Shown piece after piece: positions 36,636-50,164 of a DNA stretch of 64,000 nt; the first letter of the stretch is position 1; each line of letters starts with the position of its first letter. A program made the translations under genes and the position numbers. The notes below the pieces were generated by a model. It saw only the letters and a list, made by a program, of their open reading frames with translations, was not told the origin of the DNA and did no database searches. This stretch comes from Sporopachydermia quercuum. Taxonomy: Eukaryota. The stretch is taken from assembly GCA_001599295.1 (NCBI GenBank), contig BCGN01000011.1, positions 124,001-188,000 of the forward strand, given 5' to 3'.

Positions 36636-37675
36636 TGTTGATCTCTGTTCTTCCTTGAACGATTCCCCTTGGTGGCTACCTAATACGTCTTAAATACGAT
36701 TTCTTTACCTCTTTCGATTGGTTCCAACAACAAACATATCAATAAATCTTGCCCCATGTAACTATCAGTAATCAGGCAATTTATCTCGCATCTACAGGTT
36801 TCACTGTCTTCATTACTAAAATATTTTTCATCCTAAATCGGAAGTTCAGTAGAAAAAATAATTTTGCGGTACACTTCATCCCGCAAGCGTAAATTACAGT
36901 CATAGAAATCAATCGTCTTTGTACATTACCCCCCTCAACTGCATAAGTCTGTGCTAATTGCAGTACAGCACGTCATTCTCACAGTACACCTCCAAGTTAG
37001 AACAGTAATCTCACTCCTAAATTTGGAGAATCAACCAGATAGTAGAGATTAGCTGATTATTTATTGTTTTAGGTATAGAGGTCTTGATCTGGATACTGGA
37101 AAGAAGACTGTATGAAGTGTTGAGAAAATTGGTGAACTGTTGATGAATTGGATATTGGAGACTATTTAGTACGATTTATCTGAAGATATCTTTTCATGTC
37201 CAAGGGCATATGCATATGTATGGGTATGGTGTGTTATGACATGGCATGCATGTCTTGCTGTAATGATTGTTATTGAAGATCAAATATTGGNTAAATAGAG
37301 ATTGAATGAACTATTGGAAATAAANCGCCTCTTAATTAACAGACAATCTTGTAGAAGTGGTAGGGAGAACAGTCAAACATGCTGAACATAAATTTATAAC
37401 AAGAGTTTTCTGAACAGTTATCATCTGAAGATTCAGTTAAGAAGAATAAAGTACGCGTTATATGCAATTGATGCTTGTTAACTCCACACTTTCACTACAT
37501 ATATAGAAGGGTTTATTAGCTCAAAACAGACAAACGGTGGAATTACGCAGTTAACTGATGAATATTTTCATTATTTCATGGTTCTGAGCTGTATTAACAT
37601 CCTCAATCTCCGGGGTTCATATCTTTCACTGTAAGTTATCAACATATCAACATATATTAATGAAACTGCAAAACG

Positions 37676-38848
37676 ATGTCGGAAAGCTCTACAGATATAG
37701 CTGCAGGAAAGTCTGCTGATAGGAAATCCGGCAAAAATCAGGATACTGACTACAAATCTGTACTCGAAGATACTACTATAGATTTCTCGGAGAAGCAGTC
37801 ATTACCTATCAAAGCTAGTAATTCAGTAGTACTACCACCAATCAATTCGTCAATAGAAGTTTTAAATATCAAGAAGAGAAGGAAATTGCAGCCTGATTTA
37901 TCGAATAAATCTTCTGAAGCGTCAATTGGACTGATTTCTACTCCGTCTCAGAGTTCTTCTACCATANCACCCAGTGGCAAAGCACCTAAGAAAGTGTTAT
38001 CAACAACAAGGTCATTAAGTTCGAATAGTTATGTCAAAAGGGTGCCTTCATTGACAGATTCTCCTATTCCAATACTATCTCCTCCTGCAGACAACAGAAG
38101 GTCTGTGACATCGCCAACCATTGGTTGCAGTGCTCAGTCAAACAGCCATATCAGAACACCCATCTCTACTGACACTGTTAAACCTAATATAGATGTAAAG
38201 AGCCAATCTCCATCAGACATAAAGAAACTACGAAACCAGTCGTTGGAAATAGAACGGAAGATACGGGAATTTCGAAAGAAAATTGATTTGTTGAAGCAAG
38301 CGAAGAAATATTTTGTTAGCAATAAAGATCCACAGCTTAAATTGCTAATTGATCATTGGAGAGAGGCCACCCAATCAGCCACTGAAATTATCTGCAATCA
38401 AGCAAAAACAGTCATATCTCAAGCAGGCGGACTGGATCTATATAAAAAGCAACAGCTTGAGAACAGGTTTCAAACTAGTTGTATGTTTGATGATGACGAA
38501 AGTATCAATGACAGTAAGGATAGCAATAGATATAATATCAGAGGTAATGAAGTCAAGGAATATTCATATATTGTTGATGTATATGATATAGATGGTCAAA
38601 ATTCTGATCAAGGGGCTGAATTCCTGAGATTGAAAGAATACTATGATAAAGATGTGAAGAGGAAAGTTGCTGATGCTAGAAACCAACAGGAGGAATCTGG
38701 TAAAGAAAAAGATGGGAGAAAAGGAAAAGAAAAAGAAGACAGTGATGATTGTGATGATGATGATGATGATGTAAGAATCACGAAATTTGTTCTACAATCT
38801 TTGAATGTCGACTACAGATTAATATACCCTAAGAGAGAGACGCAATAG
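37676..38848 (+). CDS. MEI5: Mei5/Sfr1-family recombination mediator
   Basis: Low-complexity N-half, then a coiled coil and LIDHWREATQSATE..AKTVISQAGG, ending FVLQSLNVDYRLIY as in Mei5/Sfr1. MCB-like ACGCGT at 37453-37458. Neighbourhood is shared with VPS30/RNY1/KAP120. Confidence 0.65.
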   Translation: MSESSTDIAAGKSADRKSGKNQDTDYKSVLEDTTIDFSEKQSLPIKASNSVVLPPINSSIEVLNIKKRRKLQPDLSNKSSEASIGLISTPSQSSSTIXPSGKAPKKVLSTTRSLSSNSYVKRVPSLTDSPIPILSPPADNRRSVTSPTIGCSAQSNSHIRTPISTDTVKPNIDVKSQSPSDIKKLRNQSLEIERKIREFRKKIDLLKQAKKYFVSNKDPQLKLLIDHWREATQSATEIICNQAKTVISQAGGLDLYKKQQLENRFQTSCMFDDDESINDSKDSNRYNIRGNEVKEYSYIVDVYDIDGQNSDQGAEFLRLKEYYDKDVKRKVADARNQQEESGKEKDGRKGKEKEDSDDCDDDDDDVRITKFVLQSLNVDYRLIYPKRETQ

Positions 38849-39720
38849 AGCCTCTATGAAGAATATGGTGTTGAAAGGTTTAGAATGAACGGATCAGGAT
38901 ATCAACAAGATATCAGGATGAGAAGTACATAGTAACAGGAATATAAACAGGACAGATTAGGTTAGGATAGTATGGTAGGATCATAAAATGGTATGGGATA
39001 TTATGAATGGCTTTGAGAAATGATTGTTCAACGATAAATAGGAATTGGAATTGGGTATGTAGAGAGCAGGAAACATAGATATGGAAAAAAGATATGGAAA
39101 AGATAAGGAAAGGTATTAAAAGGTTTTTGTTGTAGTCGAACNNTTTTTGTTTGTCATGATTAAGCTGGACAGATTGCTTGAGCAAGTTGTTTAGAATTAA
39201 GATGACTAGGTAGGTAACTTGATAGTTTGATAGTTATCAAACTCTAATATCATAAATTCAATATGATAATAATTACATTAANGAATATAACATNGACTAT
39301 TCTCAATGCTATCTCTGTGACATCTGAAATTTTTTTTTTTTTTGCATCAACTTTTTAGTATCTTTATATTCCACGTACATATGCTATAAATTATTAGTAA
39401 GTTATGGATATGTATGGAAATGGAATTCGTGATAAATAAATTTAGGTATAAGACTAAATGTTATTGATATTAGTAAATGGCCGACCTATTAATGCCTACC
39501 GGGGTAGTGTACGATACACCGTAGGTTACTGTCTGTAATTATATGTATTTCATTATTCTATCTATTTGTTTATCTCCTATATACATACATTATATATAAT
39601 TGTATGTGCATTCATTATTCATACCTTCACAGCAAGAACAATTGAACCCCAAATTATTATATTCGCTCTCATTCTAGCTACTAGATAGTTTACTTCATCA
39701 TTTTGCTACTCTCTTCTCTC

Positions 39721-42700
39721 TCAAATAGCATCCGACATCTTCAATCTAGGAGCTATATTCATACTAAGTAGTTCCTGGAATAACAACTTAGCAGCATAAG
39801 GAATAGTCATCCTAATAATATTCTCTCCACTCTTACAACTAGTACACCATCCATTGTAACCCATAAGACCACATTGATTACATATATCAACTTCAATAGC
39901 ATCAGAAGATATCATCAATCTTTCTAACAGAAGCTGCGATGCGCCATAAGCAATAACGCAGTCTCTTTCCATTTCACCCAATCTCAAACCACCATCTCTT
40001 GATCTGCCTTCTGTAGGTTGACGAGTTAAAACAGCTCTAGGGCCTCTAGCACGAGCATGCATTTTATCCAACACCATATGCTTCAACTTCTGATAATAAA
40101 TAGGTCCAAAGAAGATATATACCTGAAGACATTCACCCGTGATACCAGAGTAAAGCATATCCTTACCTGAATAGCTAAATCCCTTATCAATCAAAATACG
40201 AGTCATATCTTCCAGTTTCGAACCACCAAAACAGGTTCCATATTCAAGAGAACCATTGAGGACACCAGCCTTACCAGAGATTAATTCAATCATCTTACCA
40301 ACAGTCATTCGGGAAGGGAAACCGTGAGGATTCATAATAATATCAGGGCATACACCATCGTCATTGAAAGGCATATCTTCTTGTTGGACAATGATCCCGC
40401 ACACACCTTTTTGACCATGTCTTGATGAGAATTTATCACCAAGTTCTGGACGTCTTGTTTGCCGTAATAGCACTTTTATCAAAGGCTGTTCGTTGTCAGA
40501 TACTGATAACAACACCTTATCAACAATTGTTGGTTCAGGACCTTTATAAAAGGAAGGAGTGTTTTTATAATGAACAGTAGCACCACCACTATTCATCATA
40601 TCCTGCGAGTTTCCTGGTCTACTGTCAGCACTGCTAACAATGGGGATACTCTTATTAATATACACCTGACCAGATTCTAGTCTCATACCGACGTCAGCTA
40701 AACCATCAGGACCTAAAGCTTCATGTTGGAAGACAACATTACCTTTATCGTCCAATTCAATACCAGCCAAACGATCAGCTGTATGATTGGGATACCTTTT
40801 CAAAGCCTGGGTTGTTTTCCTCATAACTTGACAACGACCAAACCCTCTATCAATAGATGATTTATTTAACACCAAAGCATCTTCTATATCGTAACCTGAA
40901 TAACTCATCACTGCTACAGTGGCATTTTGTCCAGCAGGTAATTTATCATATTGAATCAGCTCAATTGTCTTGGTTTTCACCATTGGCTGTTGTGGATAGC
41001 ACATCAGGTATAATAACGTATCAATTCGCTGGAATTGATTGTAGGCAATAGCACCAATTGCTTGCTTACCCATAGCACATTGATACGTATTACGTGGTGA
41101 TTGATTATGATGAGGATAAGGAATTAAACCGGCAACAGCTCCTAAGACTGTGAAAGGCTCAATCTCCAAATGGGTAATATCTGGTGATAAATCAGATTCA
41201 TACAATGCAATGAAAGAATCATTTTCTTCATTGACATCCAGATACTCAACCAATCCATATTTTAAAAAATCATCGAAACCCCATTTACCTATTTTGAGAT
41301 TATAGAGATGTTTTGCCTTCACCTTTGGCACACCGTTCTCAACAATTATCAAAGGTCGACAGATTCTACCTCCATCACTTGCAATATGAACAGAATTCTG
41401 ATGAGTGTTAGCATAAATACTAACAAATTCAGAGATCTTGCCAGATCTACGTAAGTCTCTAAACCTGGTTAAAAATTTAGTAGCGTTGGTAGTAACACCG
41501 ATAATAGTACCATTGAGAAAAACAGAATAAACGTCAGGATTATGTAAAGATCTCGAATCTATTGTAGCAATGTTTTCAGCACCTAAAATATAACATAATC
41601 TTCTAATTGGTTCTTCGTCGTCGTCAGATGTAATATGAGTCATTAGTGCCAAATTCTTAACTAAACCACAGGCTTCTCCTTCTGGTGTATCCGAAGTACA
41701 TAACATTCCAAACTGAGAAGGCTGTAAAGCTCTTGGTCCACTGACTTTTCTAGATTTTTCAAACTGAGAAGATATTCTGGTCATCATACCTAATGCTGAG
41801 ATGTAGGAAAGTCTGCTTAAAATATGGGTCACACCAGCCCTTTCCATCTTGAATCTCTTCAAAGACCAATTACCTGTTGATATTGCTCTGTTGAGACCCA
41901 TTGTGATATTGTTTGAATGTACGTTGATACTTAACAGAGCGTCGAATTCGCTTGCTCGGTTGGGCTTCTTCAGCACTTTATCGATATTTGCTTTAAAATC
42001 GCTGTTGAATTTCTTGAATAAATCTTCAAACAACAAAGACATGAGCTGGCCGGCTAATTCTAGTCTTTTATTACCAACGTAATCTCTATCGTCAATCATT
42101 TTAGGATTATGCATAGCCATGACTACCCTCCGGGTCATTATAGCAAGATACAAGGCTTTTTCTCTGAAATCCAAGTCGTTGACAGTGATATGAGCAACAA
42201 TAGTTACAGCAATGGCTTCAATACCTTCCTGCAAGATTGATAGCTTGGGAGCATTCATTTTTCTGATAGTTTTAACCTTAGATCCTAAATATTCCAATGC
42301 TTGGGTTTGAGTAAACACACCTAGTTTCGAGCACTCTTCGAAATTGATTGAAAATAAATCCTGATAAGCAGGATTGCTTCCACAGACTAATTGTATGATT
42401 TCTAAATCAGAAACAATACCTGCTGCTTTTAAAACCAGAACAATTGGCATTTCTTCGGAGATCGAATTATGNTTAAGGTAGATTCTATCATTCTTAGTAA
42501 CGACATATGTCTTAGATTTTCTCTCGTGAGTTGAGGAAGTGACTGAAGCTTGCACTATTCCCTTCTTTTCATCGGCCTCCACAATAATTCTGTTTTTACT
42601 TAACTGCTCTTGAACCAATATTACTTTCTCATTACCATTCACAATGAAGTAACCACCAGGATCCAAAGGGCACTCATTCAATGCTGCCATTTCTTTCTCT

Positions 42701-43200
42701 GACTTGCCAGTTAAGATACATTTGTTGGATTTCAACATTATGGGCATTCTACCTATTTCCAAACCTTCATGGATAATAATTTTCTTGCCTCGTGTGTACT
42801 CAACATCAACATATATTGGTGCAGAGTATGTGAGATCTCTCAACCGACAGTCATGAGGAGGGATTAGATCATTCTTCCTATTGGGAGAGTTTTTCTTCTT
42901 CTGATTGACCCGGATATCTAAGTACTTGAGATAAAATTCTGGATCAACATCAGAAAGGATTTTCTCGTTTGCTTTCAAGATTTTCTTCAAATCAACGTCA
43001 ACAAAGTAGTTGAATGAGTCTAAATGCTGTTTGACCAACCCTTTGATTTTGAGGAAAGCTGGTAACAGGTTCCATTTATCTTTTGCTGTGTTAATGGGGT
43101 CTGTAAGGGTCTTACCTTTATAAATAGGCTTCAAAACCTCAGAAAATGAATCTTCGGATTTTCCTTCGGCTGTTGATAGCTTCCTTTTACCAGAAGACAT
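39721..43200 (-). CDS. RET1: RNA polymerase III second-largest subunit (Rpc2/C128)
   Basis: [57 protein letters not shown] and a C-terminal Zn ribbon. Confidence 0.96.
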   Translation of the reverse strand: MSSGKRKLSTAEGKSEDSFSEVLKPIYKGKTLTDPINTAKDKWNLLPAFLKIKGLVKQHLDSFNYFVDVDLKKILKANEKILSDVDPEFYLKYLDIRVNQKKKNSPNRKNDLIPPHDCRLRDLTYSAPIYVDVEYTRGKKIIIHEGLEIGRMPIMLKSNKCILTGKSEKEMAALNECPLDPGGYFIVNGNEKVILVQEQLSKNRIIVEADEKKGIVQASVTSSTHERKSKTYVVTKNDRIYLXHNSISEEMPIVLVLKAAGIVSDLEIIQLVCGSNPAYQDLFSINFEECSKLGVFTQTQALEYLGSKVKTIRKMNAPKLSILQEGIEAIAVTIVAHITVNDLDFREKALYLAIMTRRVVMAMHNPKMIDDRDYVGNKRLELAGQLMSLLFEDLFKKFNSDFKANIDKVLKKPNRASEFDALLSINVHSNNITMGLNRAISTGNWSLKRFKMERAGVTHILSRLSYISALGMMTRISSQFEKSRKVSGPRALQPSQFGMLCTSDTPEGEACGLVKNLALMTHITSDDDEEPIRRLCYILGAENIATIDSRSLHNPDVYSVFLNGTIIGVTTNATKFLTRFRDLRRSGKISEFVSIYANTHQNSVHIASDGGRICRPLIIVENGVPKVKAKHLYNLKIGKWGFDDFLKYGLVEYLDVNEENDSFIALYESDLSPDITHLEIEPFTVLGAVAGLIPYPHHNQSPRNTYQCAMGKQAIGAIAYNQFQRIDTLLYLMCYPQQPMVKTKTIELIQYDKLPAGQNATVAVMSYSGYDIEDALVLNKSSIDRGFGRCQVMRKTTQALKRYPNHTADRLAGIELDDKGNVVFQHEALGPDGLADVGMRLESGQVYINKSIPIVSSADSRPGNSQDMMNSGGATVHYKNTPSFYKGPEPTIVDKVLLSVSDNEQPLIKVLLRQTRRPELGDKFSSRHGQKGVCGIIVQQEDMPFNDDGVCPDIIMNPHGFPSRMTVGKMIELISGKAGVLNGSLEYGTCFGGSKLEDMTRILIDKGFSYSGKDMLYSGITGECLQVYIFFGPIYYQKLKHMVLDKMHARARGPRAVLTRQPTEGRSRDGGLRLGEMERDCVIAYGASQLLLERLMISSDAIEVDICNQCGLMGYNGWCTSCKSGENIIRMTIPYAAKLLFQELLSMNIAPRLKMSDAI

Positions 43201-44425
43201 TATGACGCTGTTTGGGGATATGAGATGCTATGATGGTGACTAGATAGTTACAATTAACAGATGAGTTGATGCTTAATGAATGGAAACAACAGCNGGTTAT
43301 TTTCCGATAATAATACAAGAATAGATCAAATAAGAGTAAAACCTCAATCGACTATTTTCTCTAGTGAATAGNCTAACCGTCCGCTTTGTGATTTACTGAC
43401 TTGGATGATTCTTTTTAAACGTAAGATAGCTCAAGACAGAGTGATACTATTTCTTTCACTAAGCAGTTCTGAACCTTTACAATGTTACCGCAAATCTTTT
43501 CGTCTTATCATCACGGTGGTTAAATCGTCACTATTCAAAGTTTCTTTTCCAACTCCACGGTTCATTTGTCTTTTCAGTAAACATAATACTTGATCCATTA
43601 CTAATCAATCAATTAACCACAATCAATCGATCCTTCTTTTCTTTCTCATAATAAAAAAATTTCGATTATGCTTGTATTTTGGTTCCGGGTAATTATAGTA
43701 ACAGAATAAATGATTATGTGATATTTATTATATCATTTAACTTGGCACCTCATTTCAGTTATGACTCATCTGAAACGACACCTGAAGCTGATTTGTGTGA
43801 GAGATTCGATGTTATGATATATGAAGTGTGCTATTATTTGGTGATTATACGGCTTGGCTTGTTCTACCAGACATCANATATCGTGCATGGGATTTACTAT
43901 GAATTATAGATTGGTGCAACGAATTAATAACATATTTGGTGACAAATAGTGAACTAGCCGGCTAAAATTAGCGTTAGAATCTGAAGTGTAGTAGAACAAC
44001 TCCTTTATCCTGGTTTCAATCTTAAAGGAGGTATAAGGAATATATGGTTCATTAAGGATAGGATATGAGTCACTTGATGAATTGAATCTCAACACAACGA
44101 CAATTGAAAAGTATAGCTTGTGGAGTTTCGTGTGTGGCGTGAATGACTATACTCAATATTTGGAGCAATTTAAATAGAAAGCGTCGCTTTTTTATTACAG
44201 AGAAGGACTCAGTGTTCTTTATTAAAGATCAAGCATTGTTGAAAGATTGAATCAAGTGCAAAGGTGAGGTGAATTGACCTCTGACGATAATACAGTAGAA
44301 TTTTCGTTTGCATTCTTAATTTTTAAAAAAAGTTGTAAATAAACTGTGAATCGACGTTTCATATCAATTGGAAGGAATAATAAAAACCATTGGGGACCAA
44401 TTGAACACTTGGAGAGCTATCAAAC

Positions 44426-45948
44426 ATGAGTGAACCAAAACCAATTATCCAGTCGTTATTGGATACAGATCTTTACAAGCTGACAATGCAAGCAGCTGTT
44501 CTGGTCCAATTCCCTAATCATAGTATGTATTTTTTATAGGAAGAACTGTGATGAACGCTTTGTTGGTGGACGAACTGAGTGATATATCATTTTTTTAAGG
44601 AGTTAGTATTGTCCTTTCTGATACTAACTATGTACCTAGCTGCTCAATATACATTCAAAAACAGAACTCCTAAAAAAACATTTACTAAAGAAGCTTATGA
44701 TTGGATTAAACTTCAAGTTGACTGTAAGTTTTTAATTCAACCTCTTGTGATTGCTTTTCTAGTGATGGAACTAGGTNTGATGTGATGTGTGCATCACACT
44801 TAATCATCGCCATACTTCTCCTATTGTCACATTTGTTCTGAGTATAGATGCCACTAACATTTTCCTATCAAGGCCTGAAAGAATTACGCTTCACTGCAGA
44901 GGAAATTGAATATCTTAATAAAACGATTCCAGCAATACCTCAAGAGTACATTGCTTTTCTTCCTACCTTCAAACTAAACCCTGCAAGCGAAACTGTTATC
45001 AAATTTGACGAAAAAACTGGTTCAATCGATATAATAATTGAAGGATTATGGGTTCAAGCTATTCTTTATGAAATACCTGTCCTAGCAATTGTATCAGAAG
45101 CTTATTTCAAATTTATTGATACCGACTGGAACTATGATGGTCAGTTTGAAAAGGCTGAGTCAAAGGCTATACGACTTATTGACAATGGATGCCCGTTCAG
45201 TGAGTTTGGTACTAGAAGAAGAAGATCATTTGAAGCACAGGATATTGTGATACAAGGTATTATTTCGGGAGCCAGTAAATCATCTAATCGTTCCTTATTA
45301 GCTGGTACCTCTAACGTATACTTTGCTAAGAAGTATAACTTAGCTCCTATTGGAACTGTTGCTCATGAATGGACTATGGGCATTGCTACTATAACCAATG
45401 ATTATACCAATGCTAATAAGAGTGCCATGGACTACTGGGTTAAAACATTTGGAGATAAGCATGTTGGTGTTGCCTTGACTGATACCTTTGGCACTGATGC
45501 CTTCCTGAATAATTTTGACCGTAAACACGCAGAAGTGTTTGCTGGTGTAAGGCAAGACTCCGGTGATCCTGTTGAGTATACTCACAAGATTGCTGCTCAC
45601 TACAAGAAGCTTGGTATTAATGCTAATGAGAAGGTTATTATATACAGTGATTCACTAAATGTTGAAAAGTGTTTGAAATATAAACAAGAAGCAGATAATT
45701 TTGGATTCAAATCATCTTTTGGCGTTGGTACTTTTTTCACTAATGATTTCCTATCTAGCAAAGGTGTGAAATCAGAGCCTCTAAATATTGTCATTAAGCT
45801 TCGATCTGTTGATGGACAACCATCGATCAAGCTTTCAGATGACATTGGAAAGAATATCGGTGATGCTGATACTGTTGTTTCAGTGAAAANGGAGCTGAAT
45901 TATCATGATCAAAAATGGGTTGGTGGTGATGAATCAAAACGATGGTGA
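44426..45948 (+). CDS. NPT1: Nicotinate phosphoribosyltransferase, 3 exons
   Basis: Exons are 44426-44522 ([16 protein letters not shown]), 44640-44723 (YTFKNRTP) and 44873-45948 ([24 protein letters not shown]). Introns are GTATGT/TACTAAC/TAG and GTAAGT/CACTAAC/AAG. Confidence 0.92.
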
Positions 45949-46711
45949 ATATGTTTGTTTGATCTTTGATGATTGGTGTCACAGCTCCAGATTAAACGTG
46001 ATCATTCTGAATTGATTATTCATGTTTTGGTTAGAACTTTTTTGTTTAATATAAAGCAGGTTCTGGTAAAGAAATTAAAATAAATTAAGTTAAGTTAGAT
46101 AAATCTATTTGATAGTATTCAAAGCTCATTTATTTCTTCTGGTTACTTTTGTCTAGAGACATAGTAATGACATATGCATATGTTTACTTAGCTCTTTCTA
46201 CTCCATTTAACTACTTAACCCAAACTATTCTGTTTCACTAATTCACGCACAAAGCCTATTGAGAAACACCCTCACAATATTTCTATACTTTCCAATCTTC
46301 ACTTTTGATCCTCACTTCTTTATTTTACTTCATGAAATGCACGCAATCTTCGGAAACAATACTATTTTCTAGATTTCATAACTTCCATTTTAACATCACG
46401 TCTCCTCGTAGAGCTCACAAAGTTCAAAACAAAAAAGAAAAAAAAGAAAGGAAAGGGAATCTTAAGGATCGATTGTTCAATTGGTGACCATTTTTTTTTT
46501 TTTATTGTTCATCTTTTGAATTTTTCTTTAGTTAGAACTATCCTTTATGCCATTTAACAAATGATTAATTCGATAGGGATATTTGATCGAGTACTGCTTA
46601 TATTCTGCATATTTAGTTACTATTCAGTTTAAAAGTTTGTTATACCAGATGTGTACTGTTTTGTGCTACAGTGACAGATAGTAAGCTGACCATACCTATA
46701 TATGAAAGGAA

Positions 46712-49700
46712 ATGAGTGAACCGCTAGAACTTACCAGGGAAAACTTGGTTAATGTTTTGAAGGTTTCAGCTTGTAATACTCGTGGAATTGATCAGAAATA
46801 TGCTGAGAACGCGTTGCAAGCATGGCAGAAAGTAGAGGGATACGCTTACTTTCTTCAGGTATGTCACGTCACGACTCATTAGATGGAATCAATTTACATC
46901 TCGTTGTATAAAATACAATCCAGGGTAAAAATTATCTAACATACATTAGGATATATACTTTGATAAATCACAGTCGTTGGAAGTTCAGTGGTTGGCAATC
47001 ATTTGTTTCAAAAATCAAGTGGACCGGTTCTGGAGAAAATCAAGGTCAAAGTAAGTATTATCTTCTATGGTACCATATGATCAAAACTCTTCATGCTACT
47101 AACGCTTTCCTTCCTTTTTTTCTTTTTCTTTTTCTTTTTCCTGTTTCAGTTGTATTGTTGACAATGAAAAGGCTCAAATCAGAGAACGTATGTTCGATTG
47201 TCTTTCTGAACCAAACAAACAACTGTTCATCCAATGTGCTTATGCTACTGCTCGAATTTCAAGACTCGATTTCCCTACAGAGTGGCCTAACTTGTTTGAT
47301 ATCCTTTTGTCGCATTTGGTAGCATCTGTTTCGGGCAATGATTATACAAAAATCAAAAATGTGTTGATCATGTTCAGTGAGATCATTAAAATACTTGCTA
47401 CCGTTCGCATAGGCAAGTCGCGTACAGCTATGCAGCAATCGGCTCCTAAGCTTGTATCTGTCATTGGAGAAATATATTCATCATTTTTTGCTAATTGGAA
47501 TAGGTCCTCATTTACTTATGAAGTCTTCTCTGGTATTGAGATAGCTTATTTTAATCTCAAGGTGCTGAAACGGTTGCTTGTTGAAGGGTATGAACATAGT
47601 CATAGAAACAAGGAAGCAGTTGAAGTGTTCAATCTCACAGTAGAACAACTACAATTTATGATAAGCTTAAGAGAAAAAAATGCTGATGAAAAAGTCGTCA
47701 GTTGGATTGACAAGTATATTAACTCTTTTGGTAAACTATACAGTTCAATGCTCTCACAGCAACCTTTATCATTTGTTAGAATGCCTACCAGTTTTACTGT
47801 TCTATCTTGTTTTCTATCTTTAATGGAATCTCATGCAGAACACATCTCAGATTACGAGGAGGACAACATATGGACCAAAGTAGCCACAACAGGATTGCTT
47901 CTGGTTAAAAGGGCTACCACTTTTGTATATAAGCGAGGATCTATCAAAATTAGTATGCGGAAGAAAGAAGATCAAGAAGAAACAGCAGAAGCTGCTGCAG
48001 CATTGAGAGAATCATTTTTCAAAGACGAACATGTGGTTCATATATGCGAATTGATTGTCAAACACTACTTACAGCTTTCTAAACATGATTTGGAGACATG
48101 GACTAATGACCCTGAAGAATTTATAAGTGAAGAGATGAATAAAACATGGGAGTACCAATTTCGACCCTGTGCAGAAAACGTGCTGAGTGATTTGTTAACC
48201 CATTTCAAAGAATTGCTTTGCCCTAAGATACTCGAGCTATTGCAGTATGTAAGCTCCAGTAATGTCAACGATATTTTGTTGANAGATGCTGCTTATAATG
48301 CTTTTGGTTTAGGAGCAAACGTCTTGGCAGATTATGTTGATTTTGATCAAGTATTGATATCACTATTAATTCCAGAAACAGAAAATGACTCATCTTCTGA
48401 GAATAGAATAATCAGAAGAAGAATTTGCTCAGTAATATCTGAATGGATTGCAGTTAAATGTTCTGATACTAGTAGACTGAGAATATACGAACTGTTGCTT
48501 CATCTATTAGACCCATCTAATGCTTTAAATGACCTGGTGGTTAGATTATCTGCTATTACGTGCTTACGATATTGTGTTGATGTTTGGGAATTCAGACCTG
48601 ATGATTTTGTTAGTTTCATGCCCAAGTTCTTGGAAATTTTGTTGAATGAGGTTGAAGAAGTTGATAATCTTGACAGCAAACTACAAATCCTCAATTGCTT
48701 ATCTATTTTGATTGATCGTATGAAATATAAGTTTGAAATACCAAATCGTTTATTGCAAGCGATTCCTAAGTTTTGGGCAGAATCTGAAGACAAGCATTCG
48801 ATCAAAGGTACCGTTATTGATATATTAGGTAATCTTTTGATTGCATTACATGATCAATCATATGTGGTATTCAATGTGTGCAATGTTATTATCACTATGT
48901 CTTGCAGTAGACAATCGCCTCTGTTTGCTTTTTTGAACGAAGACGGATTTGAATTATGGCTGAAGTTAGTTGAAAACTCATTCACTCCTACGGAAGATGT
49001 ATTGGGTTTATTGCCACTGCTAATGACAAGCTTGAAAGACACCACTGAGATCTTAGATAGAGAGATCTTGATTCTTCAGGTCTATTTTCTGTTGGTTCCT
49101 GAGTACGTTTTGGATCATTTTGCTAGTGAATGTTTCCCTTTAATTGCTTCTTATATCGGTGGAATGAGAGATAATGTTTTACAAGACGTTTGCTCGATGC
49201 TGGGTTATTTAGTAACACTTATACCAATTGAGAAGTTAGCTTCTTCTTTAGTTATCAATGGTTTGTTCAAAGAGCTTGTGCTATATGTTGCACAGTCTGA
49301 AGAGTATCCTATTGCTTCAATAAATGTGCTTAATTTCTTCTCAAGACTGACAATTGGCAATTGTCAGTTATTTATTCAAATGCTACAGAATAACTTTTCC
49401 TCTATTGAATATATGGGATTGATAAAGCTGTGGACTGATAGAGTATGTATAATAATTATGGGGTATTGGATATTGGGTACTAGATGTTGAGTTTGAGAGA
49501 TAATGTTGATTATAAAGTACTTGTGATACTAATAGTGACTTAGTTTGAGAACATGGGAGATCCTAAGGTTAGAAAGTTGAATATTTTAGGATTAACTGCT
49601 CTTTTGAGAGTTAATGATGTTGCTGTGCTTGAACTGCTACCCAATGTACTTAGCCTTATAGCTGGGTTCCTTGAGGAAGTGAATGAAGACAATGGAATGT

Positions 49701-50164
49701 AAGTATTATGATACATGTTGTTGAATCCTTATTCTGATTATATTCTGCTTATGAATTGTAACTGCCACAGAACGAAATGAATGACTAACCTGTTTTACTT
49801 AAACTGTAGCCCACAGACATACTACAGTGATGGCGACTATATTGAAGAAGGAATCATAACTCCTCATTTGATGAGAGTGAACCATGTAAGTTATTGAAAC
49901 AGGTGTAATTGATGAGAGTTCCATATTCTATATCGTGTGTTTTTAGCTCCTAGAAGGATTGGAAAAGTTATATTATCATATAACTAACATTTTATTGATT
50001 CATAGCTTCGAGATAATGATATTGTTTACAAAACCTCGCTTAAGGAATATGCTATTGAAACCCTGAGGTTTCTTAGCACAGCTTTCACTGATGAGTTTCA
50101 GAGTACGATTTCGCGTACTGACAAAGCGGTTATCGAAACGCTTCATATGAAAGGTGTGGTTTGA
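46712..50164 (+). CDS. KAP120: Importin-beta family karyopherin Kap120/importin-11, 6 exons, about 976 aa
   Basis: Exons 46712-46858, 46950-47050, 47150-49442, 49544-49698, 49810-49885 and 50006-50164 splice in frame (2931 nt). IBN_N motifs LAIICFKNQVDRFWRK and ARISRLDFPTEWP are present, plus WTNDPEEF and RPCAE. All 5 introns are GT..AG with CTAAY branch points. Confidence 0.85.

Noticed and set aside
37040..37105. CTTGATCTGGATA resembling part of a fungal TPP riboswitch
   Set aside because: It lacks the CTGAGA and CCAGCG partner elements and is not near a thiamine gene.
44547..44621. Box C/D snoRNA-like motifs (GTGATGA...CTGA...CTGA) in NPT1 intron 1
   Set aside because: The D box abuts the branch point, there is no terminal stem, and the candidate guide pairs only imperfectly with the rRNA sequence I recall.
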